In this document: positions 38,361-50,700 of the stretch, in pieces
How positions within the stretch are numbered: position 1 is the stretch's first letter
Layout of the letters: each line of letters opens with the position of its first letter
Source of the DNA: Lytechinus pictus
Lineage: Eukaryota
Reading direction: 5' to 3'
Assembly (NCBI RefSeq): GCF_037042905.1
Contig: NC_087251.1
Location: 29,514,001-29,578,000 of the forward strand
Length of the DNA stretch: 64,000 bases
Notes under the pieces: model-generated
Seen by the model: the letters and a program-made list of their open reading frames with translations, nothing else
Database searches by the model: none
What the model was told of the DNA's origin: nothing
Translations under genes and position numbers: made by a program

Positions 38361-39279
38361 GCCGTGTTTATGCTTCCACTTTTCAGGCCAGAATCAGCGT
38401 TTCCATACGTGATTAGTCCAAAACACTGTTGCGTCCATGTATTACGTCCATGCTTACTTTCATTTAAACAACGTTTCAAAACGCCTAATAAACTCACAAA
38501 AAGGTGCGTTTGTAAATGTCGTTTGACCAGAATCAGGCTTTCTGGGGAAGTATAAACAGAACCATGATCGTAAACGTGTTTAAATGAGGTAATTGGTACA
38601 TGCTTCCGGTGAGATGAAAATCCGCCGGCAAATGCTGTCGCAATTGCTCCATGGTCGCATATGTTACCTCCACGGAATTACTTCTCATCTCCCTTGTTAA
38701 ATTTGACTGTGTGATAATTAATTTAAGTACTATCACTAGTATTACTCTTCCAATTTGTCATCACATAAATGTTGAGGGATTTACAAAAAAAACCTGGAAC
38801 ATAAGTTATAATTATAATGAGGAGACATCGCCAGATGCCCCAGTAGCATAAACAAATAGATGTTTTATTATTTTATTATGTATACTTAAAGGAGAATGAA
38901 ACCTTTGGAACAAGATAGCTTGTGTGGAAACAGAAAAATAAAAGAAATAGATCAACGAAATTTTGAAAAAAATCAGACAAATAATGAGAAAGTAATGAGC
39001 ATTTGAATATTGCGATCACTAATGCTATGGAGATTCTCACATTGGCAATGCGATACAGATGTGTGATGTCACTTGTGAACAACTCTCCCCATTTCTGCCT
39101 CTTTTATCACATCTATCAGCATGTACCAGGTTTGAAGACAGATATTTTTCCTCATTTGTAATTAACCCTTTCTTGTTCTTCTCTTAGTTCTCTTTACTTT
39201 TATGCTTTGCTCTCTTCTAAGCGCCTTGAGCATTTAATCAAAATGGAAAAGACGCTATATGAATCATATATATTATTAG

Positions 39280-41500
39280 TTATGCATATTTATGCTTAAC
39301 CAAAGCCCTTTGCTGAAAACCTTGCAATTGCGTGAAACCTTATGCCTACATAAAGATCCTGCTTCAGTAAAACCTAAGGTATAAACAAACATGCATGAAC
39401 AGAAACCTCATGCTAAAAATCATCAATATCCTATGCTAAAAAATCATATTATAAACAAAACTTTATGCATCAACGAAAACCCTTGGCTTAAAAACCATAT
39501 ACTTGACCAAAAGCCTTATGCTAAAAAACCTTATACTTGTCCAAAACCCTATGCTAAAAAACCTTATCACTGACCAAAACAATGTCTAAAAACCTTATTC
39601 TTGACCATAAGCTTATGCTAAAAAACCTCATGCCCAAAACCTTATGCTTAAAAACTTTATAACTAACCCAAACCTTATGCTTGACAAAACCTAATGCTTG
39701 TCCAAACCCTATTCTTAAAAACCTTATGCTTGACCAAACTTTATACTTAAAAATCTTATGCCAAAAAACCATATATCTAAACAAAACCTGAAGTTTAAAA
39801 ACCTTATGCTTGACCAGCATCTCATGCTTAAAATCCTTATGTTTAACCAAAACCTTATGCTTAAAAACCTTATGCTTAACCAAAACCTAATGCTTAAAAA
39901 CCTTATGCTTAACCGAAACCTTATGCTTAATAATCTTATACTTAACCAAAACCTTATGCTTAAAAATTGTATACGTTACAAGACCTTATGCTTAAAACCC
40001 TTGGGCGGTATTTTGAAAGCTCAATTAGCAGTCAATAAGCATTTTGGTATTCTGAAAAGTCACTTAAGTGACCCTTTCCTTATTTGGCAGGGGTGCGTTG
40101 CACGCACTTGCAATAGTATGGGTTATGACCGCGCGAAGACTTAATTGAGTAGTTACTAGACTTTTGGTTTTTTGAAGTCTCATAGCACTCAATTAGCTGA
40201 CTTACCAATGGGGAAAGATAATGGTGATAAAAGGTCCATTAAGTTTCATCATCTCTTAATATATTTGGTAATAAAGACATTTGAAAAGAGGCAAAAAGGA
40301 AACAGAAAATGTGTACATAACGGAAATATGACAATTTTTTCTATATTTCCTTTTGTTATTTGCATCATACAGTATTGTATTTTTGCACATTATTTTAAAT
40401 CATCCTCCCTAAGAGAGGGAAAATCGAATATTTCAAAAGAAAAAACAAGCTACAAATGGATTCAAATAGGTGGATGTGAAAATCAGAACACGTTCGAAAT
40501 TGAAAAAAATGAAAGCAACAAAGGTACAAGAATAATGACAGAGAAAGAGATAAGACAACAGTTAACTTAAACAACATAACGAACCTCTAATGCAAAAATA
40601 TTTATCATTCTTTTTCAGTAAAATTTAATTGTATTAAGCTCGTGGCGCAGTGCACCTGCAGCAGCTGGGTGCTGCAAGCCAGCAAAGTGAAGAGACACTG
40701 CGCGCTTGTACAATATAAGTTGTAAGAGCGCAATTGATTGACCAATTCGGTTCAGTAAGGGAGTGACCTAAAGCAGAGGCGGCAGAACCGGGGGGGGGGG
40801 GGGGAGGGGAGCAGGAGGGGCAAGTACCCCCTCCCCCCCCCACCAAAATAAAAATCCCCCATGGAAAAAAATGCCTTTTTTTCAAAATGAAATACCCTTT
40901 TTGAAGTAAAACTAAATGAAGTCAATTGAGCGCTAATAGAGTTGTCAGAATCGGAACTTGGAGATCCATTAGTGCTTCATTAAATGGGGACTAATGAGGA
41001 AACTTATGAGACTTTTCAGAATACCCCCCACATGCTTAAGTATAATAAAGCATAATGTTTAAGTATAAGAACCTTAAAATTAACCAAAACCTCATGCTTA
41101 ATACAACCATTGGCGTAGAACTTGATGTTTCCATACAACCGTAAGTTTATGAAAACCTTAACTAAATATATATCATACACTCAAACAAGACATTAAGTTT
41201 AGTGTTATGCTTTAAAACTTTTCTTAACTTATGATAAAAATCTGATGGGTAACGAAAACCCTATGCTTTATAAGCTTAAACGAAACATCATGCTTTATTA
41301 AGCCATGTATGTAAACTGATGTTTGCATCCAACCGTAGGCCTACTAAAACCTTATGCTTAACTAAAATCACACACTCAACCAAGACATTAAGTTAAAAAC
41401 AAATAGGCTAGAAAACTACCTTAACTTAAAAAAACAACCTTGTGCTGGCTAAAAATACAGTTTACAATCTTAACATTCTTTGCTATCAAACCATATGCTT
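39280..41500. repeat. Degenerate minisatellite of AAAACCTTATGCTT(AACC) units, interrupted by a MITE
   Basis: Alternating ~15/18-bp units, most homogeneous at 39790-39998, resuming in degenerate form after 41030. Confidence 0.85.
40003..41029. mobile_element. MITE inserted in the minisatellite
   Basis: Imperfect TIRs GGGCGGTATTTTGAAAG / CTTTTCAGAATACCCCCC. The repeat array continues on both sides. Confidence 0.65.
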
Positions 41501-43522
41501 AAATCTTACCTCTCTAATTATGGAAATGCGAAAATTTGCTCTTAGGTAGTGTGAGATGCAATCTTAAATTTACTAGAATATGAAACAGTAACTCAGTAGC
41601 TTTTCATTAAAATTATGAAATCCTACTCATGTAAAAAACAAATCGAAAAAGTTCAAAGGCGAGGAAGCGAAGTTACCGTGCTGCTCAGTAGGGCAATTTT
41701 GTGGGGTGTTTTTTTACCAGTCAAATGAATGGATTTCGTGCACTCTTTTCGTAGCTTTAAGAATTAATTCAATAAAATATTCAGAATTTCTGAGGGCATC
41801 TGTCCCCTGCTCCCCCCCTCCCTCCCCGCTGCGTTCGGTTATGAAAAATTACTACTGCTAATTGTCTAAACTCATAATATAAATATTCATAGCATCGAAT
41901 AAAGAATCATTGAAATAGGCTAGGTCAATTGATTTTTATATGTTATAGAATGAATATGCATCATCAATCATTAGTAAATTTAGGGTAGTAAGGACAACAA
42001 TCGTGGATATGCTCATAAGGTGCTGATTTTTTTTTTTTTTTAAAGATGTCTCTTACATGTAGTTTTGGATATTTTGGGCATCCTTTTCCATCTTAGCATG
42101 CATTCGCTCCCGGGCACGTTATGGCCATCCCCTTAGAAAAATGACATGCTCTCAAGTTACAAAAAGACATTCATGGCCATGCCTACTGAACTGAATAAGT
42201 GGGATTTATCACAAAAGCATGTACGCATCAGTTTGAGTTTTGACTGCATTTATGTGCTTCTTATATACATGCGATACGCGTTTAAAGAAAGATCTGTTCT
42301 TGGGGAACACAGTTCAAAATTTGATACCTTGCACTGCTGGAAATGGCAGAAATTAATGAAAAGGATAAGGTGTCTGTATCGGAGCATGTAGTAGAGTCAT
42401 GTATGTATTTAACTTCCTGTTATCCTTTCAGTCATTCACCTTCACTTGTTTACAAACTCCCCCAATGTCATCTAAGAATCCCAAAACCCCCAATACCATT
42501 AAAACTCCTAAACCTTGACCATTAAGACCAACCCTCAATGACGTCAGCTAACTTCAAGGAACATAAGTTATAGGAAGTATGACTCACACTTCCAGTCCCA
42601 GTCACTTGCAAAGAGCATTACCACACCCCTTATACCAGAGAAAGTTTGATAGACAGTTAACTGTAGACCAATCAGATCAAGTTTATATCACTCCCACCTT
42701 AAACTTTTACACCCCCAAAACTAATGATCTAAATAAGACTTCTTGATTTTTAGCGAGAGATATAATACTAGACCCACATTCATCGATATAGACTGACTGA
42801 CTTCAAGACTTAGACGTCCATTCTAACTTCAGAATTTAATCATATACTTAAAATTAGCATTTTTATCGTCCTATTCAGTAGGTCCATGATCGGAGTGCCG
42901 GAGCTTGATTGAGTCGTGTTAGGAGGGATGTATGTTACTGGAATTTGTGAAAGACAGTAGAAAATGATTTGTGATTGTCGGATGTGATAGTTATGTACAT
43001 TATAAAATACCGGTATTTAAAAGAAAAATACAGGGGGAACCTGATTTCGTGGGGGTGATGCCTATGGAAAATAATACACGCATCACCCCCAGGAAAATTT
43101 CTAGGGGTGCTGAAGCACCCCGCACCCCCAACACCCCCACTTCCCAGGTCCATGCCTGCCTGGATCTACGTCTAGACTGAGAATCCGCTGTTTTGGATAA
43201 GTTTTTCTCATCATTTTCTCAACATTTCCTGATTTAATTTTCCCCACTGAAACAAGCCCTCAATATTTTTTTTGACAGAACAAAATCTGCATATTTCCGC
43301 CTGTAAATTGGAATATCTCCGTCAATATTTTAGACAATGAGTTGATTCGCACACCATTATTTTTCTTATTTCACAAACTTTCCAATGGTATCAAATTTGT
43401 TGGGATTCCTTCGAGATTTCAAAAAGTCACTGAACTCCCTACCCAGATCTAAGTCTAGAATGATAAATCCACTATTTTGGAGGAGTTTTTCAACATTTTT
43501 TTATTTTGTTTGTCCTACTACA

Positions 43523-44124
43523 CAGATGGATGACGGCCATTGGGCTCGTAATTGTGGAGCAAACAACCGCCGCTTAACTACAGTGTCTATGGAGAAAGGG
43601 TGCAAACGATTACTCAAAAATTTTGCTTTTTGACGGGGGAAAATTGAAGAAATAAGAAAGAGAAATTTATACCAAATACAATCAGCTTACATCCTTTCTG
43701 AAAAATATGCTGGAAAATAGCAAATTTTGATGATAAACAGAACAGGATCAGCCAGGTTCTTCATCGCTTGCCGTCAGCTACAGCTGAGCATACAGACGGA
43801 CCAGTGGATTGGCTGGCATGTTCGTGCGCTAGCTCAGCTGTAGCTGCGCTGACGGTGATTGAGTGATCGAAGAAGAACCTGGCTGATACTGATCTGTTTG
43901 TCCTCAAAATTCGCTATTTTCTGGCATAATTTTCGGAAAGGTGGTAAGCTGAATGTTTTTTATATAAGTTTATCTTGAGTATTTCTTCCCTTTTACTCTG
44001 CCAAAAAGCAAAATTTAGGAGTAATCGAGGAGGGTGCAAAAGTACACCCTTTCTCCATAGACGCTGTAGTTAAGTGGCGGTCGTTTGCTCCACCATTACG
44101 AGCCCAATGGCCGTCATCTGTCTA
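43523..44124. mobile_element. ~600-bp foldback (almost fully palindromic) element
   Basis: GATGACGGCCATTGGGCTCGTAA...TTAACTACAGTGTCTATGGAGAAAGGGTG is mirrored by CACCCTTTCTCCATAGACGCTGTAGTTAA...TTACGAGCCCAATGGCCGTCATC. The arms pair in to about 43790/43830. Confidence 0.85.
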
Positions 44125-44647
44125 TTGATGGAGGGGATGCCGCGGAGCCAGAAGAAGTCTCAGCAGAGCATATCCCAGACAGAAATAGACCTATATATCG
44201 GACTAGATTTGAAAATGCGTTACCTCGCCATCTGCAATTTTTAAAAAATTTTAGACACCTGAAATCTGTATGTTAGAGGATTTTTAAAACATTTTTTTAC
44301 TTTTAAAATTGTTTAATCGTACATGGGGCAGATACAATCGAATAAGATGTAGTCTAGTGCCACCGAAGAACAGAGACTGAAGCTTTTGTCTAAGTCAAAG
44401 TTGGACTTAAACGGTCCGTACAGTCCGCGCAACTTTTCTTGGGCGATGGTTTTAGCTGCCCCAACTATGCAGTTGATGTTCCCAAGCTGCCCCTGCAAGT
44501 TACCAATATTTGGTATCAAAATAATGATCATATAAACTTGCTTGTGATCTTTCAATGTTGAAAGTGGGGGCGATAATTGTTATCATAATAAGAGGGGAGG
44601 TGCCTCTTTTTTTGTATTTATTTTTCTTTTATTTTTTCTTTATGCAG

Positions 44648-44744
44648 GCAGCAAACTTAAAAGTCTGTGATATAGACGAGAGTTTAATACCGCTATTCAA
44701 GAAATTTCGCTACAGGAAGGACACAAATAATGCTGCAATAGTAA
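44648..44744 (+). CDS. GMF: GMF coding exon 2 (97 nt)
   Basis: Polypyrimidine tract + TGCAG| acceptor; AANLKVCDIDESLIPLFKKFRYRKDTNNAAIV; donor A|GTAAGT, phase 1. Confidence 0.93.
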
Positions 44745-47700
44745 GTAAGTAGTACACTGCTGAATGAAATATAGGAAAATGAAACCCTTAGAACAAGCTC
44801 ATGTGAAAAAAAGTTTCAGAACAATATGAAAAACAATAATAATTTTTTAAGCATTAGAATGTGGATATGGATAATGCTACTTCCATCACAATGGTGACCA
44901 AGATGTGTGATGTGACACATAAACAACTCTTCCATGCTTTGGACTCTGAAAATGTTTCCCCAAACATCTATTTTAGTCATTCTGTGATAGCACAAATTCT
45001 TTGTCCATTTTACATTTTAGGAAACATGTATTACATGTCCTCCCATAAAAGAACACTTAGGCTATGGATTTCGATAAAGTGGGGATGTAAGTGAAATGTA
45101 TACATCAGTAATGTGGAAGTTGTTCAATATGACATTACAGGTCTGAACATCCAAATTCTCATAGCCTTATATTATCATTTATTCAATTTATCAACATTTC
45201 TTTGATTTGTCTGTTTTAAATAATTCTACTGGTTTCAATGGTTCCATATTGCCATTCTCTCATTTTACACCATGAACTTTGGATGATTATAGGCCTATCT
45301 TATAAAACTATTGTTAGTATTACTGATGACAGTCCAGAAATCAAAATTGTAAAGTCCTTCTTAGCTCCAGAAAGTAGAATTTGGCCATGCAACACATCAG
45401 TATGATGGCCAAATTTTACTTTCTGGAGCTAAGAAGGACTTATGGCCAAATTTTACTTTCTGGAGCTTAGAAGGACTTTACAATTTTGATTTCTGGACTG
45501 TCATCAGTAATACTAAAAATATAACAGGCCAACTGATGTTACTGCTCTACCAGAAATAATTGGTAGCCATTACACATGGGAAGGTTAACATGGTATTATG
45601 AGAAAACTTTGGAAAGAGAAGGCTTGAAGGACTATAAATAACATCAGGAAGTTAGTAAACTTTATAAAGCAAACAGACAGTTTGGGCCTTTGATGGATAT
45701 TCATGCAATGCAATGATACCACACTGGAAGTATTTACCATCTCAAATAGGCATGTTAATTCCCCCCCCCCCCCCCCCAGTGAGCTCACTTGACTATTAAC
45801 GTCCTTGTCTTGACCCCACTGGATGAGGACTGGATAAGGACTTCTAATAAAATGATACTTTAAAATTTAAATGAAAAAAATAGACACAAAAAAAAAACTC
45901 GAAAAATTATCCAATATTTTGCCTTCATATGACAGTTCCTTGGAGTTTGAAATTTTCCAATTATTACTTTTTAACAGGAGGACTGAGGAGGCCAAGGGGA
46001 TAAGATACTATACACTATTTTGTTTAGTTTAAGAAGACAAACAATTTGACTTGTCACTTGACACAATCAGGGCATTTTAAGAAATTGACCTGACTTTAAT
46101 CCTTCAGTTGGTCAAGATGGTCATTAGAAATTTCACAGCAAGCAGAAAGTTGTTCCTTGTGATGTAATTGAAGACATAAAAGGGAAAAATCAAGCTTTGA
46201 GAATGTTCTGAAGTAGATGACAAATGCTGCCTGACTAATTTTTTATTGTCAGACACTGGTTTTATTAGTACAATATTCTGTATTTCTTTATTACATCAAT
46301 CTATTACAAACAAATCCGGTCTGCCAGGAATTGTTCTGGTGACTGGCAGCATTTGGTTTGACTTAGCACTAATGTTTAACATATGTATTTTCTGTTTGAT
46401 TTCTCATTATACAGTGAAGATAGACAAAAGTAAGTTGCTGGTGGTGTTAGATGATGAGTACGAGGTAAGAATATCGTGCAGACCTGCCAACTGGTACTGA
46501 TTTTCAGTATTTAGTACTGACAAATGAGAAGAATACCGATGGTTTCAGAATGCAAATTAATACTGATTTCTCAAATTTCTGTTTTATGTGTTTTCCTATG
46601 GCAGGGGTTCTCAAACTTTTTCTATGAAGGGCCAGATGAGACTCGAAATACACCTGAAAGGGCCAGGGTGAAGTGGATACTTAGAAGGAAAAAAATGTGA
46701 ACGAAGCGCGAAGAACCTTGCGGCCGGGGTCCTAGATGCTCTCTGGTGCAATCTGGCCCGTATCTTGGGAGAATTTAACCCAACAAATTTATAACAGTTT
46801 CATATGAAACACAGGCAAAATTAGAAAAGATTTCAATTACAGCGAGAGTCAATAGTAATGACAACAAAATTGTACTTAGTTTAAAGGAATGTAGATTGTA
46901 TCTATGTAAATTTTAACACATACCTGGAATTGAAGAGACAGACAATGTTTTGTAGTAGGCCTATCAATATTTTTTGAAGGCCAACACATTGGACTTCTGC
47001 TCGATTGCGGCAAAATGAATGCATACTTGTCTGTCCATTCTTTATGGAAAACACGATTTCAGCATCCATCTTGCTTTTCTTTGCCAAATTTGATGCCATC
47101 TTGACCTGGCTAAAAATTAATGATGACTAATGTACCCCTGAGAAACTCAGCATAACTGAACCGGCAATTAAGTTCACGTTTTAACCAAATTGATAGCGTG
47201 TTGGAATTTGTGCGCACGTGTTTTCAAATGAAACGTGTTATCAACGTTTGACGTGAAACTACTTTTTTTTCAATGTGGCGCTGCGCTGGTCATCTAATAA
47301 GAAAGTCGAAAAGACTCCACTAAACATTGTTTAAAAGTCAAAGTAATTTGACTGCCATTTCTTTTATTACAGTTTCATGGATACACAATGTAATCATATT
47401 GAGCTATGTTTCATATTGTGACTTAAAATTAGTGATTAAAAAAAAAACAGCAGTCTCGCGGGCCAGATCCGGGCAGTATTTTGAGAACCTGTCCTATGGT
47501 ATTTCTTTGAAAATACTGATTTCCTCACCAAAATACTGATTTTCAGCTTTTCTAATACTGAAATGCCCTTTTTCAGGTTGGCAAGTCTGTTAGTGATAAT
47601 GAAAGGACTTTAATTTCAATATTTTGGGGGCAAAGTCACTTTTTCAATAGGGTGCATATCTATATTATGTTTGCACAAATGGGGATTATAAATGAAGGGC

Positions 47701-50700
47701 ACAAAAATTTCCAAAGCCAATCAGAAATGCATCAAGATCAATCAAGGCCATCCACAGCCATGTTTTTTGTTGGCCTTGGATTTATGAGTTAAGCAATTAT
47801 AGACACTCCAGTTATCAGTTTATCTTCCAGCATGCAATGGGTCTGGCAAGCAGCAGGGTAAGGTCTCATTTTTAAAAAGCCTGTGATATGACTCAGGCTA
47901 GAAAATAGATTACAACTAGCTCCACATTTTGTGAAGTTACAGAAAATTTATTTTGTGTAGCAAGTTTTTTTTACATAGGACTGTACAGAACATGGATGAA
48001 AGCTTTTTTCTTACAACCAGAACTGCTGATCGAATTTGAAAAGTGAATTAATTTCCTGTAATCTAAAAAGGTATGTTCTGTAATTGATTTTTGCATTGTG
48101 GCCAAAAACCAAAAATACTTTTATCGTCATTATTTTTTTTATTGTATGATTCACTTCTTCATGTGTCATTTTTAGGATATGACCCCAGACGAATTAAGAG
48201 CTGAACTACCTGAACATCAACCAAGATATGTACTCTATAGTTACTGTTATCACCATGACGATGGAAGAATATCATATCCACAGGTGTACGTTCACATACA
48301 TCCAGAAGGTGTGTATAACATTAAAAGAAAGTGTGTTTGGTGTATAATCAAGTAAAACAATAGTTTAAGATAAGGAGGGTCTTTTTTATTCAAAAAGGGT
48401 CCAAGCCAAGATTTATTTTCTGCAATTTTATATGAAATTTTTAAGTTATGATAATAACATATCACTGTTCCATGAAATAATGTACAACTACCAACTGTCA
48501 GAAATTCATATTAAGTTTTCATCCAAATTTGAGGGAATGTTCTGTTCTATTTTATTCTTTCATTTGCTCTACAGCGGCGAGTAGAAAACACCCGTTTTAT
48601 TCATTTTAATTTAAACCACCTAAACATGTATGTAGCTGTTACAAAAAAGATGTTCAACCAGCTGTTTTCAACTCACTGTATGACTGCCTTAGAGCAAACG
48701 TGACTGGGGTATAATTTACTTTGCCTCAAATGCAACGTATTAGGATGCATGGCAAAAATGCATGAATGCATGTAATGCTTATGAGCTCTGAGGTGACTTG
48801 CTTACAGCTAAAAATCAATTTCAAGTGAGATGAAATTTACTATCTAATGATTGAATTGGTCTACTGCTTGGTTGAATCAAAATTGTATGCCAATCAGAGT
48901 TAAAGATTATGCAATATTTTCATCCTCTAAAAATGATAGTTTGGTGTTTTAGTGTAAGCTTTATATTCATACATGAGTAATCTCCCCACTGCACATTACA
49001 TGTAGGCCCTATATAACAATGGTTTGGGGGGGGTTTTCTGGGTGCAAGGCAAAAATTTTGGTATGGGCATCTGAAATGATGAATTGCCTTGATGCTCCAA
49101 GCACCTAATCAGGTCAGCCGTGCTAAAGACCGGGTAAGAATTGCACAATTTGCCGTGCTTACAAACATTTATATTTAAGGGGTATTATTATTTTTTAACT
49201 GACAATATAGCAACGACTTCCATCAGCAACCAGAAAAGGGTAAATGAAAACAAAAATTGGCTGTAATGATTTATGTGTGAGGATGTATAGACTGCTTGAC
49301 ATCTGTTCTTTCTTTCTTTTTTAATTTAGGTTGCCAACCAGAATTATCTATGATGTACAGTGGGTCTAATAATTATGTTGTACAAGCAATTGGTGTTACT
49401 AAGGTATGTATAAAATACTTGATGACAATTCAACTACATTATCTTAGTAAGTAGTGTATGATGATAGTATTCTTGTTTTGTTTGTTGAATATAATGGAAA
49501 TGGTTGATTAATTATGGGTACTTTTAAATCGTGATAGTTTATAAGAAAATGTAGGCTATGGATGGGCATTTCATGGAAGAAAGAATGTGAAACATGAATT
49601 TTCAGCTTTTAAAATAAAGTAATTTGAGGTTTTTGATATTTTTTTTTGGAATTTCAATTTTTGGCAAGGCTGCATTTTCTTTGGATTTTGAGGGTCTTGT
49701 TGTGAGGCCACCAACCACTTATTGCAAATCAGTAACTTTTACCCTAGAACTATTCTTCTTTCTTAGAGTGTGAATCCTTTTGTTGGAAGAAGGCCCATTG
49801 TAGAGTCACAGTTAAGATCCTAGTTGCTTTAAGTTCATTTTTAACGTCTTTGGTTCTGCTAAATTGTCATTCAAATTTTTTTTTCAGCATTTCCTTTTTC
49901 AATTTGGAAGACAAATCATTTTCAGAATCAATTAGAAGTTGATTAAACGCAACCATGGCTTGAACTCAACTTCTTTGAAAAACATGTTTCTTAAAAAATT
50001 GAATAAGCAAAGCATTACTCTTTGACCTAACTTTGGGAGGTTGCAAGCAAATACATGTATATCTTTCATATATGACTAATTAGCTTTCAATTCATAATAA
50101 GCTGTTAGGCAAGGATCACTATGAATGTCCAAAATATTAATTTGGGCTGTAAATTCAAACTCTGTATTAGTTGACAGAGTAATTCCCTCTCAATCTTCGG
50201 ACCTGATATCAGTTTTCGAGTCCAGGTTCCTCTCCCTTTAAAGGACACAGGATGTTAAACTTCCTTGCCTTCAATCGAAAGGAAGTAGAGGACCTGTGAA
50301 CAATTCTAAAGCTTTTGTACCCATTTAACTTCTTGCCATCGTGATTTGTAGCATTTCTAGTTAGAAAATGAGGATAAAGGTCTGTGAGATGGCCAATAGA
50401 TATCCAGTGATGTTTTATGTATTCTGCATGACCTGTGTTTCAGTTGTAAAAAGTGCTTGTTTGTGCTCTGATTACCCCGACATCTCTCCAGAAGCTTACA
50501 TATTTGAAACCCCTAATCTTCCGCAAGAAGCTTGCTGTATGCCAACTATTGGTAATGGATATCTAGCCACTACTGTGTATGGTAACTTCATTCATGTGAA
50601 TGGTATCTATAACGGCAGGTATGGTGACAGTCACCATACAGAGGTCCCCTCCATGGCAGACATTCATATAGAAAGCAATGGCAAGGAATTCTTCACTGAA

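Noticed and set aside
39391..40144. ORFs with NLMLKNLMLNQ repeats
   Set aside because: These are translations of the AAAACCTTATGCTT minisatellite.
44351..44392. Inverted fragment matching the left end of the TAGAC element (ACAGAGACTGAAGCTTTTGTCTA)
   Set aside because: Only ~23 bp match, with no partner end or TSD found; not called as an element.
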